A stretch of DNA of 64,000 bases from an uncultured delta proteobacterium (GCA_963727485.1 CAVSGM010000001.1:960001-1024000); one strand, 5' to 3'. Numbered from the stretch's first letter, positions 26,091 through 36,626 are shown. Translations and numbers: made by a program. The notes: generated from the letters alone by a model not told the origin.

Positions 26091-27731
26091 GCGGCCACCC
26101 CCAGGGCCCGGTGGTCGGCGGTGAGCACCGGGGCGATGCCCAGCGCCCGGTCCAGGCGATACCCCTCCAGGCGGTTCTGGTAGTAGAAGAGCAGGGTCCG
26201 GTCCTGGGCGAAGAGGCGGTCGCCCCGGCGCACGGCGGCCGGCGTCTGGTGGTAGATGGCGAAGTGCTTGAGGCCGTCGGTGACCACGTCCTCGGCCTCG
26301 GCGCCGGCGAGCCCCGGCCCCAGGCGGATGCCGCCCCGGTCGGCGAGGCCCTTGAGCTCGGTGAGGAGGCGCGCGGTCTCCTGGTAGACCTCCCGGAGCT
26401 CGAGGGCGTCATGGCGCGCCCCGACCCGGATGAGCCGCACCAGGCCCACGTCGGGGTTGTGCTGGCGCAACAGCGAGAACACCACCCGGGCGACGACGTG
26501 GGTGGACTGCACCACGTTGTCGCGCATGTAGGCCTCGCCGATGCGCTCGCCGAGCTCCCGGGTGAACTCGGCGTCGCGCTGGGCGAGGTGCTCGGGGGCG
26601 CCTTTCACGTGGACGTAGCGGGCGATGTCCACGTGGCGGCCCCGGGGGTCGAGGCTCTGGCCCTCGTCGTCGACCTCGTTGCCGAAGGGATCCAGGCCCC
26701 GGCTCACGGTGAGGAAGATCTTGGAGTCGAGGCTGAACAGCTTGCTCACGAAGTCGAGGATCCTCCGGGGCTGGCTGAACTCGTCGTCGGTGATGACGTA
26801 GCGGCTGCGCCCGACCTCCCGGAGGAAGTCGTCGATGAGGGTCTCGGCCTCGAGGACCAGCTGGTAGGACAGCGTCGCGGGGACGATGAACACCTTGGGG
26901 CTCGGGACCCCGCGCTTGAGGTTCTCCACGTAGGCGTTGAGCCCGCAGCCGAGGAGCCCGAGCTTGAGGTGCTGCTCCACGGCGCCGGAGCGGGCGCGGG
27001 TGCCGCCGGGGAAGAAGAGGTTGTCGTAGCCGAGCTCCAGGGTGAGCGTGGCGTAGTGCTTGAGGACCTCCTTGTAGAGGGGGTCCTTCTTCTTCCGGTC
27101 GACGGTGTAGGCGCCCAGGTTGTGCATGAAGAACCCCATCAGGGGGTTCGAGAAGAGGTTGAGGCCGGCGCCGTAGACGAAGGGCGGCAGGCCCATCTTG
27201 TAGATGGCCAGGCCCAGGAGGATGGAGTCGAGGTTGCTCACGTGGGTGGGTGTGAGGATCACCGTGCCCAGCTCGTGGAGGCGGCGCAGGTGGGCCACCT
27301 CGCCCTGGATCACCAGGTTCTCGTCGGCGCGCAGGGTCGAGGAGAAGCTCTGCACCAGCCGCTTCGGCGACACGGCGCCGAGGAGCAGGCCCACCGCCGT
27401 CGGCAGCATCTTGGTGGTCACCTGGTAGACCCGGTCGTCGAAGTTCCCGCAGAATCTCCTCGGCGTAGTGGGAGACCACGGAGCGCAGCAGCCCCTGGAG
27501 CTCGCGCTCGCCGGCCCGGCCGAGCTTGCGCTCGATGCCCTTGATGAAGGGCGCGTCGGCCTTCTTGATCCGGGCGTCGGTCTCGTCCTTGAGGCGGCGC
27601 TTCTCGTGGTAGACGGTATCCGCGAGGACCTCGACCAGCGGGGTGCCGCCCTCGGCGGCAGCCTCGGTCTTCTCGGCGAGGATGCGGCTCTCGACCTCGG
27701 TGAGGATTCGTTCCTGATCTTCCCGGCGCAT
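26087..27731 (-). CDS. Glycerol-3-phosphate acyltransferase (PlsB/PlsC-like); frameshift at ~27454
   Basis: PTHVSNLD (HX4D), GAYTVDR, FFPGGTRARSG; halves join on restoring GATC. Confidence 0.88.
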
Positions 27732-27838
27732 GTGAGGGCATCCTAGCGGATTGGGGCCAGGGCGCCAGCGCGCGGGCAGGCGCCGGTCGTGGCGCGGGAC
27801 GGTTGCCCGGCGGCCCCCCGGGTTGCATGCTTCCCCCC

Positions 27839-28366
27839 ATGGCGCTCTACGAGTTCGAAGGGAAGCGGCCGGTGGTGGGCGAGGGGAGCTTCGTGTTCCC
27901 CAGCGCCGACGTCATCGGCGACGTGGTCATCGGCGAGGGATGCTTCATCGGCGCCGGGGCGGTGCTCCGGGGCGACTACGGGCGCATCCGCATCGGCGAC
28001 GAGTCCAGCATCCAGGAGAACGTGGTGATGCACGCCCGCGAGGGCGAGGAGACCCGCATCGGCAAGCGGGTCCAGTGCGGCCACGGGAGCCTCTACCACA
28101 CCTGCACCGTGGAGAACGCGGCGGTCATCGGCGTGGGCGCGGTGGTCAGCGACTACGCGGTGGTCGGCGAGTGGGCCATCGTCGCCGAGGGCGCGGTGGT
28201 GCGCACCAGGATGCAGGTGCCCCCCGGGCGCATCGTCGCCGGCGTCCCGGCGAAGCTCCTCGGCGAGGTGACCGAGGAGATGAAGGTCCTGTGGGAGAAG
28301 TACAAGGACCTGTACGCGCATCTCGCGCGCGACCGGTACCCCAAGGGGCTCAAGCGGATCGACTAG
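27839..28366 (+). CDS. Gamma carbonic anhydrase / PaaY-like hexapeptide protein
   Basis: ADVIGDVVIG, VLRGDYG, IQENVVMH, GHGSLYHTC. Confidence 0.9.
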   Translation: MALYEFEGKRPVVGEGSFVFPSADVIGDVVIGEGCFIGAGAVLRGDYGRIRIGDESSIQENVVMHAREGEETRIGKRVQCGHGSLYHTCTVENAAVIGVGAVVSDYAVVGEWAIVAEGAVVRTRMQVPPGRIVAGVPAKLLGEVTEEMKVLWEKYKDLYAHLARDRYPKGLKRID

Positions 28367-28827
28367 CGCGGTGCTGGAGGCACGAGCCGGAGCGGGACGG
28401 TGATCTTCTGCCCCTCGGGCACCGGCACGCAGGGCACGTAGCGCCGGAAGGCGCTGCGGAGGCAGGCCGCGGCGGGCTCGAGGCCGGCCTTGGCCCCCGA
28501 GGGCAGCCTCGTACGGACGTCTCGTACGGGACCTGCTCCCGTGCTGGTCGCCTCGACCACGACCCGGTAGCCCACGGGCGCCTCGGGGTCGGGGGCCAGC
28601 GCCCGGGCACACCTCGCGATGACCGGCTGCAGAGGGGCACAGGGCCGGGCACAGGCGAGCTCGCCGTCGGCCACGGTGAGGCAACGGGGCGCGGCTGCGG
28701 CGCGGGCGGGCGGCTGGGGCGGCGGCTCAGGGGCCCGGGCGGTGGCCGCGGTGGCGGCGCAGCCGGCGGCCCCCACCAGGAGCGCCGCGAGGCAGAGCCC
28801 GGCCAGCGGGTCGGGCCACCGGCTCAC
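28363..28827 (-). CDS. Small hypothetical lipoprotein
   Basis: GTGA overlap with the upstream stop; lipobox AAGC; C-terminus (ACLRSAFR...ITVPLRL) resembles TonB-C/AgmX-like domains. Confidence 0.45.
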   Translation of the reverse strand: MSRWPDPLAGLCLAALLVGAAGCAATAATARAPEPPPQPPARAAAAPRCLTVADGELACARPCAPLQPVIARCARALAPDPEAPVGYRVVVEATSTGAGPVRDVRTRLPSGAKAGLEPAAACLRSAFRRYVPCVPVPEGQKITVPLRLVPPAPR

Positions 28828-29621
28828 GGCTGCCCCAGCGCCTCGAGGACCTCGGTGACCACCATGGTCACCAGCTTCCCGTAGCTCTCCTCGCCCTCGG
28901 CGGCGGTCGCCGATGCCGGCGCCCCGAAGTAGGCCCGGTCGCCGCCCATCTCGCGGAAGGTCTTCTTGCCGTCCTTCATGGCCTCGGAGATCGACGTGGG
29001 GTTGTCCGGGAGCGTCGCCATGGTGTCGGTGTCCACCAGCTGTGGCGTCGCCGCCAGCACCAACGATCCCTCGTAGCGCCCGGCGTGGCAGGCGCCGCGC
29101 TTGAACTCCTCGGTGAGGGTGGCGCCCCAGCGGCGCGAGAGCACGTTGGGCAGGCTCACCGGCACCACGCCCTCGTCGGCGCCGCCGCCGGCCTCGTTGA
29201 CCTCCAGCACCGCGGCGTGGAGGGCGGCGACGTGCTCGGGCTCGAGGTGGTTGTTCACCAGCGACACGTGCCGCCACCCGTCGCGCAGGTACGCCCGGCA
29301 CAGGGCGGCGACCAGCTCGGTGACCATGGGCGCCGCAAGCGAGATGGCCCCGGCGAAGCCCTCGGCGTAGTCGGTGACCCCGTAGGGGAGCGCCGGGGCC
29401 ACGAAGGCGGCGAGCCCGCGCTCGCGCAGGGCCAGCGCCGCACGCCGCGCGGTCTCGGCGGAGAGGATCATGTCCGTCGCCAGGGGCAGGTGGGGCCCGT
29501 GGGGCTCGGTGCTCCCGACCGGGAGCAGGGCCACGGAGGTGAGGTCGGACTCGAGGACGCTCGCCACCTGCTCGGTGGTGAGCTCGGCGAGCATCAGGGG
29601 CCAATCGCGGGTGTACGGCAT
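28824..29621 (-). CDS. Creatininase family amidohydrolase
   Basis: LPVGSTEPHGPHLPLATD, VNNH, HAGRYEGS. Confidence 0.92.
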   Translation of the reverse strand: MPYTRDWPLMLAELTTEQVASVLESDLTSVALLPVGSTEPHGPHLPLATDMILSAETARRAALALRERGLAAFVAPALPYGVTDYAEGFAGAISLAAPMVTELVAALCRAYLRDGWRHVSLVNNHLEPEHVAALHAAVLEVNEAGGGADEGVVPVSLPNVLSRRWGATLTEEFKRGACHAGRYEGSLVLAATPQLVDTDTMATLPDNPTSISEAMKDGKKTFREMGGDRAYFGAPASATAAEGEESYGKLVTMVVTEVLEALGQP

Positions 29622-29622
29622 G

Positions 29623-31272
29623 TTACGACTCCCGGCCGCCGGCCTCTCGGGCCTTCAGGGCCTTGCGGTCAATCTTCCCGCGATCGTTCTTGGGGAGCCG
29701 GTCGACCACCTCGATCTCCCGCGGGTACTTGTGCTTCGCCAGGTGGCGCTTCACCCAGGCCTTGATGTCGTCCCGGTCGATCTTCGCCCCGGTCCGGGGC
29801 ACCAGGAACGCCTTGGACAGCATGAGCCCGTCGCGGGCCACGGCAATCACCGCCGCCTCGGCGACCGTGGGGTGGCGCAGCAGGCAGTCCTCGACCTCCA
29901 GGGGGCTCACCCACAGGCCGCTGACCTTCATCAGGTCGTCGGCGCGGCCGGCGAAGTAGAAGTAGCCCTCCTCGTCCTGGCGGAAGAGGTCCGAGCTCAT
30001 GCACCAGTGGCCGTGGAAGGTCTCCCAGCTCTTGTCCCGGTCCTGCCAGTAGCCCAGCGCCACCGAGTCGCCCCTCACCCACAGGGTGCCGATCTCGCCC
30101 GGGGCCACCGGCGCGGCGCCGGGGCCCGCGGCACCCCGCGGCAGCACCCGCGCCTCGTAGCCCTCGACCACGCGCCCCAGCGACCCGGGCCGAACCTCGC
30201 CCGGGCGGTTCGACACGTAGATGTGGAACATCTCGGCTGAGCCGATGCCGTCCCAGACCTCGACGCCAAAGCGCTCGGTCCACCGGTCGAGGAGCGCCGG
30301 GGGCAGGGCCTCGCCGGCCGAGAGGCACCCGCGCAGGGACGAGAGGTCGAGGCCCGGCTCGCCGCGCGCGCGCAGGTCGGCGTCGTGATCGAGGAGCTTG
30401 CCGATCATGGTGGGCACGTTGGTCAGGAGCGTCGCCTGGTACCGGTGCACCGCGAGCGCCACCGACTCGGGGGTGGGCCGCTCGCAGAAGAGCCCCGTGG
30501 TCCCGCCCACCGCGAACGGGAACATCAGGTTGGTCCCCGTCGCGTAGCCGAAGAAGAGGCGCGGCACGCTCACGCATACGTCGCCCCGGCGCCAGCCGAT
30601 GGTCTCCTTGGCGTAGACCTCGGTGTTGAAGGCGAAGTCCCGGTGGGTGTGCATCGCCGCCTTGGAGCGCCCGGTGCTCCCGGAGGTGAACAGCCAGATG
30701 GCGATGTCGTCGCGCCGGGTGACCGGCGGGCTCCACTCGCCCGAGGCGCCGCCGAGGGCCTCGGTGAGCCAGAGCCGCGCCGGGCCGCCGTCGCCGCGGG
30801 CGAGCATCGAGGCGGGCACCGGGGCGTCGGGGTCGTCGCCGGTGGCGAGCTCGGCGGTGAGCAGGACCGTCTGGAGCCAGGGGCTCTGGTCGAGGGCCTC
30901 GGCCAGCGCCTCGGCGACCCGGGGCAGGGTGACCATCACCGTGGCCCGGGTGTACTCGAGGAGGTAGGCGAGGTCCTTCGCGGGCGCGTCGGGGTTCGAC
31001 ATCGCCACCACGCCCCCGGCCTTCAGGGTGCCGAAGAAGGTCCAGACGAACGGCGGGATGTCCGGGAGGCAGATGAGCACCCGCTGCTCCGGGAGGAGCC
31101 CGGCGTCGGCGAGGACCTCGGACATGCGCAGCGAGAGGTCGGCGACCTCTTCATAGGTCCAGGTGCGCTCGCCGAAGAGCACCGCCGGGGCGTGGCCGTG
31201 ACCCTCCTCGAGGCGGTCGAAGAGGAAGTAGTCGGCGAGGTTGAAGACCTCGGGGAAGGTGGGACCGGCCAT
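29623..31272 (-). CDS. Benzoate-CoA ligase family protein
   Basis: WLFTSGSTGRSKAAMH, RLFFGYATG, SAGEALP, DGIGSAEMFHI, GRADD. Confidence 0.9.
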   Translation of the reverse strand: MAGPTFPEVFNLADYFLFDRLEEGHGHAPAVLFGERTWTYEEVADLSLRMSEVLADAGLLPEQRVLICLPDIPPFVWTFFGTLKAGGVVAMSNPDAPAKDLAYLLEYTRATVMVTLPRVAEALAEALDQSPWLQTVLLTAELATGDDPDAPVPASMLARGDGGPARLWLTEALGGASGEWSPPVTRRDDIAIWLFTSGSTGRSKAAMHTHRDFAFNTEVYAKETIGWRRGDVCVSVPRLFFGYATGTNLMFPFAVGGTTGLFCERPTPESVALAVHRYQATLLTNVPTMIGKLLDHDADLRARGEPGLDLSSLRGCLSAGEALPPALLDRWTERFGVEVWDGIGSAEMFHIYVSNRPGEVRPGSLGRVVEGYEARVLPRGAAGPGAAPVAPGEIGTLWVRGDSVALGYWQDRDKSWETFHGHWCMSSDLFRQDEEGYFYFAGRADDLMKVSGLWVSPLEVEDCLLRHPTVAEAAVIAVARDGLMLSKAFLVPRTGAKIDRDDIKAWVKRHLAKHKYPREIEVVDRLPKNDRGKIDRKALKAREAGGRES

Positions 31273-31276
31273 GGGA

Positions 31277-32539
31277 TCACCTGGGCTCTGGCTCGCCCGC
31301 CTCGCCGGCCTCCCGGAGGAGGTCGCCGGCGATGACCAGGCGCTGGATCTCGCTGGTACCTTCGTAGATACGCAGCGCGCGGACCTCGCGGTAGAGGCGC
31401 TCGACCGTGACGCCCCGGAGGACCCCGGTGCCGCCGTGGAGCTGCACCGCCCGGTCGACGATGCGCTGCGCCGCCTCGGTGGCGAAGAGCTTGGCCATGG
31501 CCGAGGGACGGGTGACGCGGCCGCCGACCGTGTCCTTGTGCCAGGCGGCGCGGTAGGTGAGCAGGCGCGCGGCCTCGAGCTCCACCGCGCTCTCGGCGAG
31601 GTAGGCCTGGACCTGCTGGTGGTCGGCGATGGGGCGGCCGAACTGCCGGCGGGCGAGCGCCCGGTGCGTCGCCTCGTCGAGGGCCCGGCGGGCGAGGCCC
31701 AGGGCGGCGGCGGCGACGGTGGTACGGAAGACGTCGAGGGTGGACAGGGCGATCTTGAGGCCCTGGCCCGGCTCCCCGAGGAGGCGGTCGGCGGGGAGCC
31801 GGCAGCCGTCGAAGCGCAGCGTGCCCAGGGGGTGGTCGGCGGCGGCGAGGAGGGGCTCGGCCACGGTGAACCCCGGGTCGCCGGCGTGGACCAGAAAGGC
31901 GCAGGCGGCCTTCTTGTTCCCCGGCTCGGTGGTGGCGAAGACCACGTGGGGCCCGGCGATCCCGGCGTTGGAGATGAAGGTCTTCTCCCCGTCGAGGCGC
32001 CAGCCGTCCCCGTCCTGCGTGGCCCGGCAGGCCATGGCGCCGACGTCCGAGCCCGCCTCGGCCTCGGTGAGGGCGAAGGCGGCGAGCTGCTCGCCCCGGG
32101 CCACCGCCGGGAGCACCGAGCGCTTCTGGGCCTCGGTGCCGAAGCGGGTGACCGGCCAGGTGCCGAGGCCCTGCATGGCGAAGGTGGTGTCGGCCAGCCC
32201 GCTGGCCCAGGCGAGGTGCTCCCGGGCGAGGCACAGGGACCTCACGTCGAGGTCGTCGGGGCGGCCCACGGCCACACCGCCGAAGGCCTCGGGGACCGCG
32301 AGGCCCAGGACCCCGGCGCCGGCGAGGGTCCGGGCGAGGGCCCGGGCCCGGTCTCCGGCGGGCTCGGGAGCGGGGTGCCCGTCGGCGAGCGCCGCGGCCT
32401 CGGCCCGGGCGTGGGCGTCCTCCGCCGGGGCGAGGGTCTCCACCGAGAGGCGGCGGAGGACCTCGGCGAGGGCCCGGTGGCGGTCCTCGAAGAGGAAGGG
32501 CAGGGCCTCGGGAGGCGTCGGGCGCAGGTCCAGGGCCAT
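31277..32539 (-). CDS. Acyl-CoA dehydrogenase
   Basis: [40 protein letters not shown]. Confidence 0.93.
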   Translation of the reverse strand: MALDLRPTPPEALPFLFEDRHRALAEVLRRLSVETLAPAEDAHARAEAAALADGHPAPEPAGDRARALARTLAGAGVLGLAVPEAFGGVAVGRPDDLDVRSLCLAREHLAWASGLADTTFAMQGLGTWPVTRFGTEAQKRSVLPAVARGEQLAAFALTEAEAGSDVGAMACRATQDGDGWRLDGEKTFISNAGIAGPHVVFATTEPGNKKAACAFLVHAGDPGFTVAEPLLAAADHPLGTLRFDGCRLPADRLLGEPGQGLKIALSTLDVFRTTVAAAALGLARRALDEATHRALARRQFGRPIADHQQVQAYLAESAVELEAARLLTYRAAWHKDTVGGRVTRPSAMAKLFATEAAQRIVDRAVQLHGGTGVLRGVTVERLYREVRALRIYEGTSEIQRLVIAGDLLREAGEAGEPEPR

Positions 32540-32785
32540 GGCGCGGCCAGGAGACCACGGTGGGCAGGCGTTGTCGACGGCGCGCCCGGCGTCGCGGGGG
32601 CGCAGGGATGGCGCGGCGCCCAGCGAGGCGACACGTCTGATCCAGGCTGACCGCTCCGAGGACAGGGCCCTGGCCTGGCTTCGGACAGAAATGCGTAACG
32701 TGGTGTTACTCCCTTACCTGGACTGCATTATCCAAGTAGCTGGAATTCATATGGAATCCAGCGAAGCGCCGTGACCAGCCTGGGG

Positions 32786-32801
32786 TGGCACCCCCACTGC
32801 A
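32786..32801 (+). promoter_or_regulatory. Putative sigma54 (-24/-12) promoter
   Basis: TGGCACCCCCACTGCA (GG-N10-GC) just before the GH25 ATG; AT-rich imperfect inverted repeats upstream (~32717-32762). Confidence 0.5.
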
Positions 32802-32813
32802 CTCTCCCAGGGC

Positions 32814-35507
32814 ATGCGCACCCGGACCCCCCTCCTCGCCCTCGTCGCCGCCGTCGCCGTCGCCTCCTGTGGCGGCGGGAAGCTCACCCAGAGCGGCACC
32901 ACGCCCATCGACTTCCCCGAAGGCCAGGCGCTGCAGTTCTCCGGCGACCCGGCCCACAACGCGGTCTTCGGCGTGGACCTGTCGGTGTACACGGGCCCCA
33001 TCGACCAGTCCGAGGTCGACTGCCTCTGGGACTCGGGGGTGCGCCACGTCATCGTCGGGACCCAGAACCCCGAGCTCTCGGCCCAGCAGCTCGACATGGC
33101 GGTGCGCGAGGGGATGACCGTCGACGAGTACGTCTACGTCTACTGGGGCCGGGACATGCAGACCCAGGTCCAGACCGCCCTCGACCTGGCGCAGGGGCGG
33201 CCGGTGGGGCGCATCTGGCTCGACCTCGAGGACAGCTCCGGGGGCCGGTCCGTGTCCACCCTCAAGGGCCTGGTCCAGCAGGGCCTCGACGCCTGCGGCT
33301 CCATGCCCTGCGACATCTACACCGGGCCGAACTTCTGGAAGACCACCATGGGCGACACCGCGTCGTTCTCGAACGTGGCCCTCTGGTACGCGCGCTACAA
33401 CGGCAAGCGCACCCTCGGCGACTGGCCCACCGAGCACTTCGGCGGCTGGGCCCAGCCCACCGGCAAGCAGTGGAACAGCCAGTACGTCTGCGGCCTCAAC
33501 GCGGACGTCGACACCATCCAGGTCCACCAGCAGCCCCAGAACGTCCACAACGGCAACGTGCCCCCGGACGACGGCCAGCCCCCGGCGGCCCCCACCGGGC
33601 TGTGGCCCTCCGACGGCTCCTCGGTGCACACCAACTACCTGCGGATGATGACCGACGTCACCCCGCGGGCGACCCAGTACCAGTTCGAGCTCCAGTACTG
33701 GAACGGCAGCAGCTGGGCCAAGTACTACACCTGGAGCCGCACCACCGACGCGGTGCGCATCAACCCCTCGCACCCCAACGCCGGCTACCGCTTCCGCGCC
33801 CGGGTGCAGAACAGCCACGGCTGGTCCGGGTGGAGCGGCTGGTCGACCTTCGACTTCGGCCAGGTGATCAACCCGCCGCCCCCGAGCGGTGGGGGCACCG
33901 GTGGCGGCACCGGCGGCACCGGCGGCACGGGTGGCGGCACCGGCGGGACGGGTGGTGGCACCGGTGGGACCGGCGGCGGCACCGGCGGCACCGGCTCCGG
34001 CGGCACCCCCGCCCCGACCACCCCGGGCAACCTCTCGCCTGACGGCACCACCGTCACCGGCAGCTCGGCGACCCTGAACGTCGACAGCGTCGCCAACGCC
34101 TCCCAGTACGAGTTCGACATCGAGTACTGGACCGGCAGCGCCTGGACCGCCTACTACACCTACACCACCAGCGGGCCCACCAAGACCTTCTACCCGGCCT
34201 ACGACACCGACTACCGGTTCCGGGTGCGGGCGGCCAACGCCAGCGGCTGGAGCGACTTCTCGAGCTTCGCCAAGTTCACCTTCTCCAGCGGGAGCGGGTC
34301 GAGCGGCGGGACCGGGAGCGGCGGGACGGGCAGCGGCGGCACGGGCACCGGCGGCACCGGCTCTGGTGGCACGGGCACCGGCGGCACGGGCACCGGCGGC
34401 ACCGGCTCCGGCGGCACCGGCGGCGCCACCGTCCCCGCGACCCCCGGGAACCTCACCCCCGCGGGCACCACGGTCACCGGGTCCGCGGCGACCCTGAACT
34501 GCGACAGCGTGTCCGGCGCCACCCAGTACCAGTTCGACATCCAGTACTGGACCGGCAGCGCCTGGGGCGCCTACTACGCCTACACCACCAGCGGGCCCAC
34601 CAAGACCTTCTACCCGGCCTACGACACCGACTACCGGTTCCGGGTCCGGGCGGCCAACGGCAACGGGTGGAGCGCCTACTCGAGCTACGCGCAGTTCACC
34701 TACAGCACCAGCGGCTCCACCGGTGGCGGCACCGGCTCCGGCGGGACGGGCTCGGGCGGCACCGGCGGCACCGGCGGCACCGGCTCCGGCGGCACCGGCT
34801 CCGGCGGCACCAGCGGCGGGACCACCGTCCCCGGCGTCCCCGGGAACCTCACCCCCAACGGCGGCGCCCAGATCTCCACCGCCTCGGTGACCCTCAACAG
34901 CAACTCGGTCGCCTCCGCCACCCAGTACCAGTTCGACATCGAGTACGTGAGCGGCGGGACCTGGACCTCCTACTACACCTACACCTCCTCGGCCCCCACC
35001 AAGACCTTCTGGCCGGTGAGCGACGCCGACTACCGGTTCCGGGTGCGCGCCGGCAACGGCAACGGCTGGGGCGACTGGTCCGGCTACGCCACCTTCACCT
35101 TCGGGACCCCGAGCGGCGGCAACACCTCGGGCGGCACCACCGGCGGCACCGGGGGCTCCACCGGCGGCGGCACCGGTGGCACCAGCGGCGGCGGCACCGG
35201 GGGCACCACCGGGGGCACCTCCTCCGGCGCCCCGGCCACCCCGACGGGCCTGGCCCCCAACGGCACCACCGAGACCTCGAGCTCGGTGACCATGAGCTGC
35301 GCCTCGGTCTCCGGCGCCACCAGCTACACCTTCGACATCCAGTACGTCCACAGCGGGAGCTGGGCCAGCTACTACACCTACACCACCAGCACCAACTCCA
35401 AGACCTTCTGGCCCCAGGTCACCGGCACCAGCTACCGGTTCCGGGTGAAGGCCACCAACGCCAACGGCGACAGCAGCTGGAGCGGGTGGGCGAGCTTCAG
35501 CTACTAG
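32814..35507 (+). CDS. GH25 muramidase lipoprotein with five FN3-like repeats and Gly/Thr/Ser linkers
   Basis: Lipobox VASC; GVDLSVY, WLDLE (DxE), LWYARY, KQW, DVD; repeats P-x-x-P-x-x-L...YRFRVRAxN..GW. Confidence 0.85.
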   Translation: MRTRTPLLALVAAVAVASCGGGKLTQSGTTPIDFPEGQALQFSGDPAHNAVFGVDLSVYTGPIDQSEVDCLWDSGVRHVIVGTQNPELSAQQLDMAVREGMTVDEYVYVYWGRDMQTQVQTALDLAQGRPVGRIWLDLEDSSGGRSVSTLKGLVQQGLDACGSMPCDIYTGPNFWKTTMGDTASFSNVALWYARYNGKRTLGDWPTEHFGGWAQPTGKQWNSQYVCGLNADVDTIQVHQQPQNVHNGNVPPDDGQPPAAPTGLWPSDGSSVHTNYLRMMTDVTPRATQYQFELQYWNGSSWAKYYTWSRTTDAVRINPSHPNAGYRFRARVQNSHGWSGWSGWSTFDFGQVINPPPPSGGGTGGGTGGTGGTGGGTGGTGGGTGGTGGGTGGTGSGGTPAPTTPGNLSPDGTTVTGSSATLNVDSVANASQYEFDIEYWTGSAWTAYYTYTTSGPTKTFYPAYDTDYRFRVRAANASGWSDFSSFAKFTFSSGSGSSGGTGSGGTGSGGTGTGGTGSGGTGTGGTGTGGTGSGGTGGATVPATPGNLTPAGTTVTGSAATLNCDSVSGATQYQFDIQYWTGSAWGAYYAYTTSGPTKTFYPAYDTDYRFRVRAANGNGWSAYSSYAQFTYSTSGSTGGGTGSGGTGSGGTGGTGGTGSGGTGSGGTSGGTTVPGVPGNLTPNGGAQISTASVTLNSNSVASATQYQFDIEYVSGGTWTSYYTYTSSAPTKTFWPVSDADYRFRVRAGNGNGWGDWSGYATFTFGTPSGGNTSGGTTGGTGGSTGGGTGGTSGGGTGGTTGGTSSGAPATPTGLAPNGTTETSSSVTMSCASVSGATSYTFDIQYVHSGSWASYYTYTTSTNSKTFWPQVTGTSYRFRVKATNANGDSSWSGWASFSY
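33580..35504 (+). repeat. Five ~280-bp intragenic domain repeats separated by ggcggcacc-type linker repeats
   Basis: Repeats 2 and 3 share a long identical stretch (tacaccaccagcgggcccaccaagaccttctacccggcctacgacaccgactaccggttccgggt). Confidence 0.9.
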
Positions 35508-35510
35508 GCG

Positions 35511-36626
35511 TCAGTCGGGGACCCGGACCGTCCGCTTGCCCACCAGGTTCATCCGGGTGCGGCGGATGGTCTCGGCCTCGACCACCTCGCCTTTGGCGTA
35601 GCGGAAGCGCAGGGCGCTCTCGGGGCACTGCACCACGCAGGCCCCGCACTGGATGCACTGGTCCGGGCGGGCGATGACCACCTTCCGGCGCTTCCCGTCC
35701 ATCTGGAGCACGTCGCGCGGGCAGACCTGGACGCAGTCGGCGGCGCCGGTGCACTTCTCCTCGACCAGGTCCACCGACGCCGGGTTGTGGAAGGTGTTGA
35801 TGTAGCTGCCGTACCAGGGGGTGGTGCCCTCGAGGTCGGCGCCGAGGATGCCGGCGGCGACGAGGCTGGTGGCCCCGGTCCAGAGGAGGGGACCGGTGGC
35901 GTAGGCGCCGAGGCCCACCAGCACCATGGAGGCGACGCCGAAGCCGAGGAGCGCGAAGGCCCCCAGGGTCGGCCACCGCCAGCCGGGGCCCACCTTCAGC
36001 CAGGGCAGCAGGGCGAAGCAGCCGGCGACCACGGTGAGCAAGGAGGCGGCCGCGGCGGCCATCACCCGCCAGCCCGCCAGGGGCCAGACCCCCAGGGCCA
36101 TGAGGAAGAGGGTCGGCACCCCCCACATCGCCGCCATCTCCATCCGCTCCCAGAGGGGAAAGCGCATCTTGCGCTCGTCCTTGTGCACCCGCCGGCCCCG
36201 GTCGAGGAAGCCCGGGAGATCCTCGAGGCGCGCCGGGCCCCAGCGGGTCTCGAAGCCGGTGGCCTCGGTGATCTTGTGGTGCTCGACGCCGGTGGCCGAG
36301 AGCTGGGGGAGGATGAGCTCCCGGTGGGTCACCTGGTCCGCGAGGCCGGAGGTGCGGATGGCGGAGATGACGTCGTGGTGGGTGAGGTGGCCCCCGCCGG
36401 CGGCGCACCAGACGTTGATGCCCCGGCTGTCGGCCACCAGGACGAAGGCGTCGCGCCCCCGCAGGGCGTCCAAGAGCCGCCGCACGGTGAGGGTGAAGTT
36501 CCCGGTGACGAGGACCGGGGCGTCGGGGCCCGGGTGCCCCACGCGCTTGAGGCCGGTGCGTGCCCGGTGGGGAAGCATGCGCAGGACCGTGTCCCGCACG
36601 TAGGCCGGCAGATCGCGGAGCCTCAT
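35511..36626 (-). CDS. HgcAB-like fusion protein (corrinoid-binding domain + TM helices + ferredoxin)
   Basis: PVLVTGNF, GINVWCAAGGG cap helix, LILPQLSATGV, WGP; about 4 TM helices; CTGAADCVQVCP and CIQCGACVVQCP. Confidence 0.9.
   Translation of the reverse strand: MRLRDLPAYVRDTVLRMLPHRARTGLKRVGHPGPDAPVLVTGNFTLTVRRLLDALRGRDAFVLVADSRGINVWCAAGGGHLTHHDVISAIRTSGLADQVTHRELILPQLSATGVEHHKITEATGFETRWGPARLEDLPGFLDRGRRVHKDERKMRFPLWERMEMAAMWGVPTLFLMALGVWPLAGWRVMAAAAASLLTVVAGCFALLPWLKVGPGWRWPTLGAFALLGFGVASMVLVGLGAYATGPLLWTGATSLVAAGILGADLEGTTPWYGSYINTFHNPASVDLVEEKCTGAADCVQVCPRDVLQMDGKRRKVVIARPDQCIQCGACVVQCPESALRFRYAKGEVVEAETIRRTRMNLVGKRTVRVPD

Noticed and set aside
32640..32785. AT-rich intergenic stretch as a riboswitch or sRNA
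   Set aside because: No recognisable aptamer consensus; better explained as promoter or activator sites. An Rfam scan would settle it.
33885..35225. ggcggcacc repeats and ~280-bp repeats as a mobile element or DGR
   Set aside because: They are in-frame Gly/Thr linkers and protein domain repeats; no transposase or reverse transcriptase is present.
35511..36626. Calling this bona fide hgcA/hgcB (mercury methylator)
   Set aside because: Fused architecture, NVWCAAGGG instead of NVWCAAGK, and no terminal Cys pair.
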